From Jimgerdemannia flammicorona (taxonomy: Eukaryota), in NCBI GenBank assembly GCA_003990765.1, contig RBNJ01000335.1, forward strand, positions 1 to 32,769: a stretch of 32,769 nucleotides of DNA. Direction: 5' to 3'. Below the pieces are notes generated by a model. That model was not told the DNA's origin. It saw nothing but the letters and a program-made list of their open reading frames with translations, and did no database searches. Position 1 is the first letter of the stretch. Each line of letters starts with the position of its first letter. The translations under genes and the position numbers were made by a program. Shown one piece after another: positions 1 through 10,824 of this stretch.

Positions 1-483
1 ACCACTTTCACCTCGCATGCCTCTCCCTCCATCAGTTCTGTCCAACTCCTTATCCCATACCATGTTGAAGTCCCCCCCTATACAGTCAAACCCAACTTCT
101 CCCAATAAACCAGCCTCTTTCAATCTGCGAATCCAATCCACCCTCTCCCCTCTCTCAGCCAGGCAGTAACAAGACCCAACCATCAGCGAGCCCCATCCAG
201 GCCTCTTCCATACTCCCCACACCACCCACGACCCCCAATGTCCAATGTCCCCAATGTCCCCCATCCCTTTCCAAATAAGAATACCCACTTTCTCCCTCCA
301 AACTACTGCACCCCCCCATTCCTTAGTCCAATCCTGTAAATCCACATCTGCATCATACCAAACATCCTGTAATAAGAAGAGGTCCACATCCAGACCCCAA
401 AGCCAACCAAAGATATACTTCCTCCTAGCTACCCCCCATAACCTATTAATATTCAATGAGAATATTCTAGTTGTACTATTCAT
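1..483 (-). CDS. LINE ORF2 N-terminus: apurinic-like endonuclease (APE) domain, partial
   Basis: Manual translation from ATG 483 gives MNSTTRIFSLNINRL...DLFLLQDVW...VGILI...SCYC...CIGGDFNMVWDKELDR. These are the SxN, LQE/D and GDFN motifs of LINE endonucleases. The frame is open to the window edge and is missing from the ORF track. Confidence 0.88.
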   Translation of the reverse strand, partial: MNSTTRIFSLNINRLWGVARRKYIFGWLWGLDVDLFLLQDVWYDADVDLQDWTKEWGGAVVWREKVGILIWKGMGDIGDIGHWGSWVVWGVWKRPGWGSLMVGSCYCLAERGERVDWIRRLKEAGLLGEVGFDCIGGDFNMVWDKELDRTDGGRGMRGESG

Positions 484-514
484 ATTGAGTAGACATTGTA
501 GAAGAGATCTCAAC

Positions 515-2407
515 CTATAATTCTATGCTCATCTCATCCCTTGCCAAGTCCAAGAGCCGCTCAGCTTCCAATTCACCCTCCGCAATATCCCGAGCATCCA
601 GTGCCCCCAAGATTTCCTGACACTCCACCCTGTCCACCTCCTCCATATCCGCCCTGTAATCCAAGCAGACTGCATGCCACTTCTCTAGTCCCTTCCTCGA
701 GTTCCACAAGATGAGTGCCCTATCACTCGCAATCCTTCTAAGCTCCTCCTCTCGCTGATCATCAACCTGATACTCAACAGACTCCAGGAGGACAGCCAGG
801 ATCTCATTCCTCATCTTCCTCAGCACCTCTTCTCCATGCAGAAACTCCTCCCAATGCCTCTCCTCCATCACCCTGAAGTCCTCACCCCCCAGCTCTTCAG
901 CCGCTACCCCTTCCAGGGTCTTCCACATCTACTTCTCCTTATCTACCGCCTCTGCCACCCCCTGAGCAATTTGTCCCCCATCCACCTCAGGGTCCACCAG
1001 CGCACTCCTCCTCACTGACTCATCCCACTCCTCATCCGGCACATCCATCAGCTCCTCCTCGCCTCCCGCCCCATTCGGAACACTATACTGAGGGCGCCCA
1101 CCTTTGCCCATTTCGGCATCCACCTCCAAGTTATCCTCCCTCCTCCTCGACTCCAATCTGAGCCCTGCCCTGGGCCATCTCTCCCCCTTCAGCCCAGGCA
1201 CTCTCCTGCAATCCTGCAGCCCCCTCCCTGGAGCTTCCACCAGCCCTACCCTGGCCCAACTTTGCCAACAACTTCTTCTGAATTCTCCTCCCCTGCATCT
1301 TCTCCCAGGCCCCCTTCTCCATCCAAACCCTCTTCCCATCTACCTCCCCCACCACTGTCCTGGCCTCAAACTCCTTCTAGGCTAATCTCCTCCTCGCAAC
1401 TGCCCCTTCCAGGTACTCCAGAACCTCCAACAGGTCCTCCTCCTCCTCCTGAGTCCCTTTCACCCTAGTGACCTTACACTCCACTGGTCCCCACCTCAGC
1501 GTTGCTGGCCAGTCCCTCGACTTCCCTGTATTCTCCCTCCCAGCCAGTCTCACCCTGACATCAATGTCTCCCAGACCTTGAACCCAACATCCACAATCTC
1601 GCCATACTCCTTGATTGCCTCCACAACCAACTCCCTGGTCCTTTCCTTCAACACCATAGGAAGGTCCAACACCATCAACTGCACCACCCGGGGGTCCCAG
1701 CACATACACCAGGCCATAGGGACCACAACCCCGCCAACCATCACCCCCTTCTCCATGGCTGCCAACAAGGCATCTTCCTCCTCAAACCCCACCTCAACCC
1801 CTTCCTTTCCCCTCAAGAACTTCACCGATGCTGCTCCCTTAGCCTCCTGTGCCACCAGCTCCAAAATCATCCTCGCTGTCACTACCAAGCCCCGGAAGCA
1901 CATCATGACCATGAATTTGGACCTCGACTTCTTGAGTAACGGGGCCGACACCATGCCCGTCACCCCATCCGCCAGGTCCCTGGGCCTCGTGCCCACTCCA
2001 AGTCCCGAATTGCCAACTACTATCACATCTGGATTTTTTGCCAGATCCCCAGTCACAGCCCCATCAATAGTCACATCTCCAGCCCCTACTCTGACCCCTT
2101 CCCTACCACCAGAAGTACCCTGGGGTGCACCTCCCTGACCCCCAGCAGTAGCCATTGACGCCTTCCCCAGGCCCAGCCAACTATCCAGCCCAGAAGCCAT
2201 CTTCTCCATCCTGACCTTGTCAGCAAAGGTCAATCTCTCCCCTCCTCTCTGCCTCAGACCTCCCCTCCCTCCACTGCTGGGGCCTCGGCTAGCCATCGAG
2301 GCCCCTGGCATCCCCAAACCATCTCCCCTCCTCCCCACCTGCTGCCAGCCAAAGGCACCATCATCCCCCTGGCCAGTACACTCACCAGATTGATCATTGC
2401 CATCCAT
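515..2407 (-). pseudogene. LINE ORF1 (Gag-like nucleic-acid chaperone), broken by frameshifts and a stop
   Basis: Pieces 1550-2407, 1377-1709, 1131-1355, 929-1339 and 515-928 lie consecutively, directly upstream of APE ORF2. The RRM-like segment VEVGFEEED...YGEIVDV is typical of ORF1. Confidence 0.75.
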
Positions 2408-2488
2408 GTTATTAGTTGTCAGATACCAAAAACGTTGTAAAAAGTGTTGTCTGAGTCTTGTGTCACCCGAATGTTACAGGTGAAAGAT

Positions 2489-3735
2489 GTGTGGAACCTT
2501 TTTCCTATGAGGTAATGCTTGAACAGGGTAACTGCCCATATAACTGCAAGGTATTCTAGTTTGGTGCTACCATAGTTCATCTGCTGCTGATTGGTAGCTC
2601 TGCTTGCATAAGCTATCACATGGTGCTGTTGGTCAGGTCCTTCTTGAGACAGTACTGCTCCTAGGCCATCTTTGGAAGTATCTGTATACAAGATGAATGG
2701 CTTCTGTAGATTGGGGCACATAGGTGCTGTAGTCATGCAGTTCTTGAGTTCTCTGAAGGCTTTTTCCTGTGATTCTGTCCATTTGAATGGTACTCCTTTC
2801 TTGAGAAGGATTCAGATTGAGGCAGCGATTTGGGCAAAGTCTTTGATAAACCTTCTGTAGTAAGATACTAGTATCAAGAATGATAGTGTTTCCTTTGGAG
2901 TCTTGGGTACTGGCCAATTGTTGATCTTCTCGGTTTTCTTTGGGTCTGCATGAGTTCCTTCTTTTGAGACCATGAATCCAAGGAATTCGAGTTTCTGTTT
3001 TCCAAAGTAGCATTTCTTTGCATTCAGTCTCAAGTGATTCTTGTGGGTGAGCTTGAAGAATTCCTCCAGGTGGTGCAGATGTTCTTCGAAATTTGCTAAA
3101 TAGATGTTGGAATCATCCATGTATACAATCAGACAGTAGTGGATCAAGGGGGCATAGACCGAATTCATCATCCTCTGGAAGGTGGGGGGGGGTACATTAC
3201 AAAGTCCAAAGGGTATTCGGAGGTATTCAAATAGTTTTCCTAGAGCAAGGAAAGCTGTCTTTTGAATGTCCTTGGGGTCCATGGGGATCTCATGGAATTC
3301 TGCAAAGAGGTCCATACTGCTGAAGTATCTGGTATCTTGTAACTGGTCCAAAAGGTCATTGATTCTGGGCAAAGGATAAGCATCCTTTTCAGTGACTGAG
3401 TTGAGTTTTCTATAATCCATATAGAGTCTCCATCCTCCTTTCTTTGGTACAATAAGTATAGGGCTGGCCCAGGGGCTGATAGAGGGTCAGATGACTCCAT
3501 TGTCTAAGAGTTCTTGGATGTGCTCCTTTTCGAATGTTTTCAAGTGATGGGGTATTTTATAGTTCTGCTGGATGGGTGTTGCACTTCCTGTATTTATGCT
3601 GTGGTGATATGATGGGTTGTATGGCAGGTTGTCATAATTGGTGGTGAAGATATCTTGATATTTGTTGAGAAGTTCTACTAATTGTTGCTGTTGTTGAGGT
3701 GTCAATTCTTCTCCAATGTTGGTGGAAGGCTTCAC
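2489..3735 (-). pseudogene. pol: Gypsy reverse transcriptase and RNase H (truncated), frameshifted
   Basis: DYRKLN...DAYPLPRI, KTAF, PFGLCN...FQRMM, YMDD, KC.F...FLG, FILYTDTSKDGLGAVLSQ, IAYASR, NY...KLEYLAVIWAV..FKHYL. Confidence 0.95.
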
Positions 3736-4134
3736 TATCTCCTGGGTCGCAGAGGGTCCTTTCCTTTCTTCTGGGACCTTTTGCCATTTCCTGATAGGTT
3801 TAGTTCATAAACTTCCCTATGAGTTCGGTTGAGGAAAGGCACCAGATGTCCTATGATGGTTCCTTTTGGCAGGATGATGGTCTCCCAACTTTGGTTGGTT
3901 GCTTGAGAGTGTACTGGATTCATCTTGTCAGGGAATGTGTATCCCTCTATGTCTAGGTGTGGGATATCTTCCTTAGGTTCAAAGAAAAGGTTTCTGGGGT
4001 TGGGTGGTGCAAAGATTTCGAAAGTAGTTTGTTCTCCAGGCTCCAGGATGAGATTCTGGTGTAGTCTGACTGGTTGCTGGTATACTTGCTGGGGAACATT
4101 CCTCTTGAGGTGGTTGACTTGAAGGAGATGTACC

Positions 4135-4560
4135 TCTTTTCTGTCTGAACTTCCAAATCTCTTAGCTTGTCTTGTTCCTTCAGTTAGTTCAGAGACTTCT
4201 TGTAACTGTGGGGTCTTGACCTTCATGAAGACTGCTTGGGCAATCTTCTGTCCTCTAATAATTCGGTGCCATTCTGCACTGCTGTTGTGTAGGATAACCT
4301 TGATTTTGCCTATATATCCAGGGTCAATGGTTCCTCCTTCTACAGTTATTCCTTGTCTGGCAAGTCCAGACCTTGAGGTCAGTTGAATATAAGCTCCTTG
4401 AGGTGGCTGCATGGCTAATCTGGTTCTGACCATGAAGGTTTTTTCAGACTTGATGGATTCATCCTCTAGGCTGTGAAGATCATATCCTACATCCTCTGGG
4501 TGGGTTTTGGTCAGGGGTTTGGCCTTGGGGTGCAGCAGAGCATACTGGGCAATATCCTCA
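4135..4560 (-). pseudogene. dUTPase domain within Gypsy pol (frameshifted near 4440)
   Basis: All five trimeric dUTPase motifs are recognisable: DVGYDL (about 4475-4495), SRSGLA, GGTIDPGYIG, GQKIAQ, RQAKRFGSSD. Confidence 0.9.
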
Positions 4561-5519
4561 CTGAGTTCAGGCTTTCCTAAGGCTGAAGCTCCACTAGCAG
4601 AAAGTCTCCAAGCTCTAAGGTTGAGGTGTGGTCACCTGGCTCCAGTAGAGGGGTCTCAGAGGTAATTGATTCCCCTCCTTTCTGTAGGGTCAAGGGCTTC
4701 CATGAAGTTGGTGGCATCTTCTGCCCATTCTTGGAAGGTTGCATGCCTGATGAGGGCTAGGATGTCTTCTCCCAAATCATAGATCTTGAGGATTCTTTTT
4801 CCAGGCTTCTTGGTCTGGTTTTTTCGAATCTGACTTTTTCAGATCTGGCTTTGGTTATCTCCTTTCTTCAAGGTGTGCACTGCAACATCATGACTGAGGT
4901 GAATCTTCTGATGTCTACAATCTTGGCAATCAGGGTGTCTCCCATGGTTGCAATATCCCATTGCTCAGAAATGATATTCCCAGCTATTTATCTCTTGTTG
5001 TCTTGGGAATTGGTACCCATCTTGATCATAGGTTGGGGGAAGGGTAGACAAGGGGTATATTTCTGTTTGGGTGAAGAAGCCTTGTCCCCTAAATCGACTT
5101 TGTAACCTTGTGGTGACTTCTTGAAAGGTAGTAGACTGTACAAGAGTAGTTGGGGGTTCTGGTCTCTGGGGTCTCTGTCTTTCTTACTGGTCCAACAGAT
5201 GACACTGATAGCAATAGTCTTGGGGAGAGTGGAAGACCATTTGATGTGGACATCTTCCTAGCTGAAAAGCTTTCTCTTGATGGGTTTCTTTCTTGGGGAT
5301 TATAGTGATGGTACTGGGTCCTTCCTCTGTATTCCAGGGGTCATTGTCTTCAGGTGGTGTCCAGCGAGAGTCATCCCAGGGAATGAGTTCAGGGACTTCT
5401 TCTTCATCAGGTACTTCTTGTTCAGGAACTTCTTGGTCAGAAGTTTCTTCTTCCTCAGATGATTCTTGACCCCAAATTGCTTGTACCTCTGCAGCTTCAG
5501 TTGTGGGTGTTTCTGGAAC

Positions 5520-5639
5520 ATATCTACATTTCTTCTTCTTTCTTCTGCATTCTGGACAGACTGCACCAGGCGATTTCCTTTTTCCCATGATCTTGGAGGA
5601 GTGCTCAGGACACTTGTGTCTCTTGAGGCATGTAGGGCA
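5520..5639 (-). other. Six-cysteine Zn(II)2Cys6-like motif inside the Gypsy polyprotein
   Basis: CPTCLKRHKC-x17-CPECRRKKKKC-RY, i.e. Cx2Cx5C-x17-Cx2Cx6C ending in CxY, in ORF 5184-5723. Spacing is slightly non-canonical. Confidence 0.5.
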
Positions 5640-5849
5640 TCCTTTGGCTTCCCCTGCAATGGCTCCAATGGTGATAGGGATAGTGTTCTTGGCCCACACA
5701 TTGTCTTCTGGTCTGTCATCCACCAGGTTAATTCATGGATTGAGTCTGGGATCATTTCCATCTTCGGATTCTTCTTCCTCTTCTGTAGTAGACTCCTCAC
5801 TGCTGACATATTCTTCTTGGATAGTGACCTTCTTTTTCTTCTTTGATTG

Positions 5850-6344
5850 CTTATAGCTGGTCACCTTAACTCTATACTTCTTGCCTCGGTAGTCAAACTT
5901 GAGTACTTATTGGCCGATATCAACAACTGCATTCATTTCCTTCATCCAGTTGGTGCCAAGAATCATGTCATAGGTGACAGCTTCGGTGACAACAGCTTTG
6001 GGGATGGAGAACTGAATGTGTCCGAGAGAGATGGTGATATTTTGTACTTCTCCAAGGGGTTGAGTTCAGGCTCCATCTGCTACTATGATGCTGAGGTTGG
6101 ATGGTCCATCAATGGGCCATTGGAGGGTGTCCAAGAATCGTTTGGCAATGACACAGACAGCTGCTCCTGTATCTATGAGGATTTTTGCTTTTTGTCCTCC
6201 AATGTCTCTATGTAGGTAAGTGCTGACATGTCTTTCAGCTGCTTGGACAGGGATGGAGGCTAGTTCTTGCTGTGGGATTGGAACTCGGCCAGTTCTAGAC
6301 CTGGTGGTTCTCAGCAATTTATTTCGGACTCCAGCTGGTGTCAA
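5850..6344 (-). pseudogene. Gypsy aspartic protease
   Basis: KAKILIDTGAAVCVI (DTG active site), with a downstream YDMILGTNWM flap-like motif near 5940-5970. Confidence 0.9.
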
Positions 6345-8100
6345 TTACAAGAACTGCAGGAGAGGAACTTCCATCTTGGCTTCTTGGATCTTCTGCCAGG
6401 CTTCATTGTAAATGTCTCTAGGCATGGTCTTTGGGGTATACTTTTTCTTAGGCCTTGGAACAACAGGTTCCCATTCTTCTTGTTCCATTTCTTCATCTTC
6501 TGGTGGCAATTCATTTGTCTTGGACATAAAGGGTGAGGGGGTTTGGGGAGGTGTTTCAACTTGTTCCTCCTCATGCTCTTCATCTTCTTCTTGAATAATT
6601 CTTCTGCTGATGTTTCTGGATGGTCTTCCCATAGGTCTCTTTCTTTTTTCTGCTGGGTAGACTGTCTTTCGGGTGGTAACCTTGGTAGGGTACAGGTCTA
6701 GATCACTGTAGTCTTCACTGTTGCTTGCTTCCTCAAAATCTTCAACAGGATGGGCTTCAGTCTTCTTGTACTGGGTGTCATTCCTTCAGTTTGGTGGTTC
6801 TGAGTCCCTCTGGTCACTTCTTTTATTGTCACATTCAGTGGCATAGTGTCCGAATTATCCACAGTAGAAGCATTGGACTTGGGCTCTGTCTCAGACAGGG
6901 TATCTTCTTTCTTCTTGCTGGTAATTCCTATTATCTCTTGGTGGATAACCTTGGCTCCTCTGTGGTGGATATCCTCTGTTGTCTTGATAGCTCTGATTTT
7001 TGTGTGTAGTGAGTTTTTCAATCTGGCCAACCAATCGATCTAACTTAGAGCTGAGGTCTTGAATTTCACTTCTGTCCTTCTTTCCTTCCTTGGCTGGCCT
7101 TCTTTCTTCAGATCTTTCTTGTCCTTGAAGGAGTCCTTGCAGGGCTTTGATCAGGATATCTTCCTTGTCTTCCTTCTTATCATGATCACTCCAGGTAGTT
7201 CCTTGCCTGACATCAAAGAATCCTTGGGCTGTATCTACTTGCTCTTCAGACCTTCTGATACCTAGGGTGCAGACATGCTGGGCAATATTTGGAGGAATTC
7301 CATTCATGAAGGTCATTGGACCTATGATGTCTTGGTTGGTGGCATTGAACCCAGCAGAATACATTCTCTTCTGGATTCTTATGAAGAAGGCTCTGGGTGA
7401 TTCTCCAAGATTCATCTTCATTCCCATGATGGATTCCTGAGTCTTGTGGCAGGTTTCATTTCCTGCATACTTTTCTATGAGCCAGTAGACCATGGCCTGA
7501 TATTCTAGCTCATAGGAGACTGCTGCTTGTATCTGTCTTGCTAGTTCTAAATTTGGGTTGTTTGCTGTCCGATGGAAAATCCCTCTGGCTGGTTCTCTGA
7601 GCTGAGCTTTGTAGATGGCAATTTTCCTTTCATCTGAGAGATTCCTCAAGGCTGCGATTCCTTCGATTCCATCAAGGAATTCTCTGGGGTCTTCCTCCGG
7701 GTATCCTGCAAAGATTGGCAATGAGGTGGCCATTTCTTTGTCACTTTCTTCTAATTCTGGTTCAAATTCGGATTCTGATTCTGATTCACTTTCTGAACTG
7801 TCACTAGAGACCAGGGTGCTTGGGTATCTTGAAGATGGTGTTCTGGTCCTTGGGTGGGGTGGAATAGGTCTAGGTATTCTTGTAGGAACTACTTCTGATT
7901 CTGCAAGGGGTTGTGGTAGGGGTTCTATTGGTGAGATTAGTTGGACTGGTGTGGGGTGTCTGGCTGTAAGGTATTGGGTCCAGGTAATAAAGTCTTCTAG
8001 TTCTTGTGCAAGTTCTTCAAAATCTCCAGCAGGACTGCCTGTATTGTCTGGTTGATCTGGTTGATCTGGTTGGAGATTGCAGGCTGTACTGCCTCCTGCT
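6345..8100 (-). pseudogene. gag: Gypsy gag (capsid plus CCHC zinc knuckle), disrupted; 5' boundary approximate
   Basis: LPIFAGYPEEDPREFL...QLREPAR capsid-like segment in ORF 6891-7733. Knuckle CFYCG*FGHYATEC at about 6833-6875. Confidence 0.85.
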
Positions 8101-8281
8101 TCTGGTTGGGATCCTTCTGATGCTGGATAGTTGGCAAGTCTTGAGGTGATTACTTCTCTTCCTGTCCAAATGCTAGTGATGACTGGTTCTCCTGTAGTAG
8201 CAGAGGTTGGTGTTGTATCAAATATATCCAGTTTGACTGTGGGTTCTTGTGAGTTGAAAAGTCACGTCGATTTTGAAATCT

Positions 8282-8298
8282 TCCCAGTTGAGCCCCCA
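8282..8298 (-). promoter_or_regulatory. Primer-binding site, tRNA-Pro-like
   Basis: Minus-strand TGGGGGCTCAACTGGGA starts 2 nt after the LTR end (...GTTACA TT TGG). It resembles the classic tRNA-Pro PBS TGGGGGCTCGTCCGGGAT. Confidence 0.7.
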
Positions 8299-8300
8299 AA

Positions 8301-9530
8301 TGTAACATGCCGGCTCAATGGAGGCAAATTACAAGGTTGGGGATTGATGTAGTTTGGCTTGAGCCCCCAGTTACTTTGTCAAAAAGCAACAAAATGTTCT
8401 AAGATTCCTGAGGTCTTTGGTGTTTAGCAGTATAATAGTCAAAGCTGGATATCTGCAAGCGATTTCCTTATTGGGATGGTTCTCTGGGTGTAGCAGCGAT
8501 TTGTATATCTTTTCCTTCTTGGGTCAACTGGGAATAGCACAATTTCTGTGTAGTGCGACGATCTCCTTGTATGTGACAGTCTGGCAATTTAGCAGTTCTC
8601 CTTCTTGGGCGGTGGCGATTTCTGCATGATGATCTTGTATAGTGTGACGATCTTCTTATATATGACAGTCAAGCAATCTAGCAGTTCCCCTTATGTAGAT
8701 TTGGCAGATAACTCGATTTGACTCACTGGGAATATTTGGTGTGGTTTCTTCGGTAACAGGCTCACTGGGAATAATGGATAACTTGGATGGCTCTTCTGGG
8801 AACAATAACTCAGGTTTCTTCCTGATTCGGTGGCTTTTCTGGGAATATGATGGTGCAGATTCTTTCTGGATCGGCAGACTTCTTGGAAACAGTGGCTTAA
8901 CTGGGAATTAACTTGGATGGCGCGGACTTGGCTTCAACTGGGAATATGGTAGATAACTCAAAAACGGCGGGCTTTAACTGAGAAATGGGATGGTGGCTTG
9001 GAAAGGGTCTCTTGGCAAAGTTGTGTCAAAGACTGGCTTCGTTTGTGTGAATGGATCACTGCAAAGTTGTGTCAGAAACTGGCTTGGGCAAGGTGGCTTT
9101 CTCTGGGAATACGGCGAAGTTCTTCCTTGAACTTGGCGGGAAACTGGGATTCTTCAGACTTATCTGGCAAGCAAATCAAAAACATAACAAACTCTTCTTT
9201 GTATTGGAAAGTGGACCAGAGTGGGAATAAGGGGACCAATTGCTCAATCTTTAGAGGCTTCTTTGGTTTGCACTTCAATTCGGACTGAGGTTTTATTCAC
9301 TCTCGCCTCTGGGGTAATTTATACAAGTTGGTTGCTATCTGGTTACTATGTGGCTAACTATAGATTTGCTATCTTTGGTAATGTTTGGGTGTGTCCTCTG
9401 GGTACAGGTGTGTCCACAGGACATGAGTGTGTCTGCAGGACATGAGTGTGTCCTCAGGACACAGGTAAACAATCCTGATCTGGTGTCTTGGCTAATTATA
9501 AGTGTGGCGGGCATGAGTAACTATGTTACA
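8301..9530 (-). repeat. 5' LTR of the Gypsy element (about 1230 bp)
   Basis: 8-bp inverted termini TGTAACAT (8301) and ATGTTACA (9530), adjacent to the PBS. Minus-strand TATAAA near 9320 and AATAAA near 9295. Internal repeats at 8550-8603/8640-8692, ACTGGGAAT-type units at 8720-8950 and GGACATGAGTGTGTC units at 9419-9452. No second LTR is available to confirm the outer boundary. Confidence 0.75.
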
Positions 9531-9619
9531 CTAAAAGTCACATCATGCTGAGTAAGTATACTAATTGTTCATGTCATCTGGCTAAGTTATAATTCAGGTG
9601 GTACATTTTAGTCTATTAC

Positions 9620-10824
9620 ACTAGTTACTCTATATGCAAGAAGATTAGTATTTTTATATTAGAAGGAGAACTCACTAGATATAAATATCAGTATTAGTTA
9701 GAATCAGAATTGCAAGAGAATATGATATAATAGAGTGGGCTCTGGCTGTTTGAATTGAGCTATCTGAACATTGGCTATATATTTTTGAGGATAACTAATA
9801 GTTATTACTAAAAATTAGAATGATAAGATAGAAGTGACTACTGATAGATTTGTTAAATAAGTAGTAGATAGAGTAGAGACCTAGGGGGGGTCTTCATCAA
9901 GAGTTGATAAAAGAATATATGCAAAGAGTGGAAAGAGGATTTAGACTATTGGAGAGATAGTTTTTTTCTATTATAAAGAGATGGTAAGTAGACTTTCTAA
10001 AGAAATTGAGTAGGGGTAGAATAGTTATATATTATAGTAATATAGATTAGTAATAAAGCAGAAGTCTATATAATTATAAAACAAAAAACAAAAAACAAAA
10101 AACAATATGAGATATTTATAAAAGTTATCAAAATAAGAAAAAGAACAGAATAGATATAATTGATAGTTGATAAGAGAACTCTGATCTGATAAGATTATTA
10201 TTTTTTATACTAGATAAAATTCCTTAGTGATCACTACAAGCTTGCAAAATAGCTTAAAGATCAGATAGACTATCTTTATGAAAGTCTTCCTAATTAATAT
10301 AAAGAGAAGATTATAGATCTTAAAGTCTTCAATATCTTAATATCTAATAAGTACTTTTAGTATGATATTCTTTTGAATTGTTGCTAAAGGAGCTATTTAT
10401 ATTATAGATCTCCCTTGCTCTAGTATCTATAGATTTACAAAATTATTCCAATTTGAGCTCTCTCAGACTTTTAATGATCAATTTTGCTACTACCTTCAAG
10501 CAACTATCATATAGCTTTTAGTAATTAAGGTTTATGTTTTTTTAAAAAAATCTTCTTAATATATCAAATGCATCAAAATGTAATAGCTTAATTATGTTCT
10601 TTAAATTTTCAGCAATATATATATACTATTATCAATATTTTAAATAGTATTTTATAAATAACTTAGTTGAATTTACATATTTAATAGTTATATATTATAG
10701 TCATAGTTAAAAAGATTAATTCACTACTAATTAGAGAAAACTCTCTCCTCTCTTACTCCCTATTGATACCAATTTTAGATCATTAAGTAAAGAAGTTATA
10801 AAGTTATAAAAAAGTAGATAAGGA
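9620..10824. other. Very AT-rich, heavily decayed sequence, probably an old TE relic; contains an (AAAAAC)n microsatellite at about 10078-10105
   Basis: No ORF of 60 aa or more, with the same TA-rich texture as the adjacent decayed LINE. Family not identifiable by eye. Confidence 0.4.

Larger units (their letters stand above)
1..2488 (-). mobile_element. Non-LTR retrotransposon (LINE, APE-type), 5' portion; continues past the left edge
   Basis: About 80 bp 5'UTR, then ORF1 from ATG 2407, then ORF2 with APE endonuclease motifs. The 5'UTR and ORF1 are homologous to a second copy at about 10825-12745. Confidence 0.9.
2489..9530 (-). mobile_element. Ty3/Gypsy LTR retrotransposon, degenerate, cut off in RNase H by the LINE
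   Basis: Order on the minus strand: LTR, PBS, gag with CCHC knuckle, aspartic protease, extra domains, dUTPase, RT, RNase H. Integrase and 3' LTR are not in the window. Confidence 0.95.

Noticed and set aside
245..2138. Plus-strand Pro/Ser-rich ORFs (e.g. 1578-2138), and similar antisense ORFs at 7615-8055, 22504-22893 and 23380-24003
   Set aside because: Shadow ORFs opposite recognisable genes, with no motifs.
2471..2478. ATGTTACA, identical to the LTR terminus, suggesting a 3' LTR start
   Set aside because: Adjacent sequence does not match the LTR (9530 inward) and instead aligns with the 5'UTR of the second LINE copy.
8998..9551. Short ORFs within the LTR
   Set aside because: Non-ATG or low-complexity ORFs arising from LTR internal repeats, with no protein motifs.
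9531..9620. Alternative LTR end at ...ATTACA (9620)
   Set aside because: Position 9530 gives a perfect 8-bp inverted match to 8301, while 9620 is weaker. It cannot be fully excluded without the second LTR.
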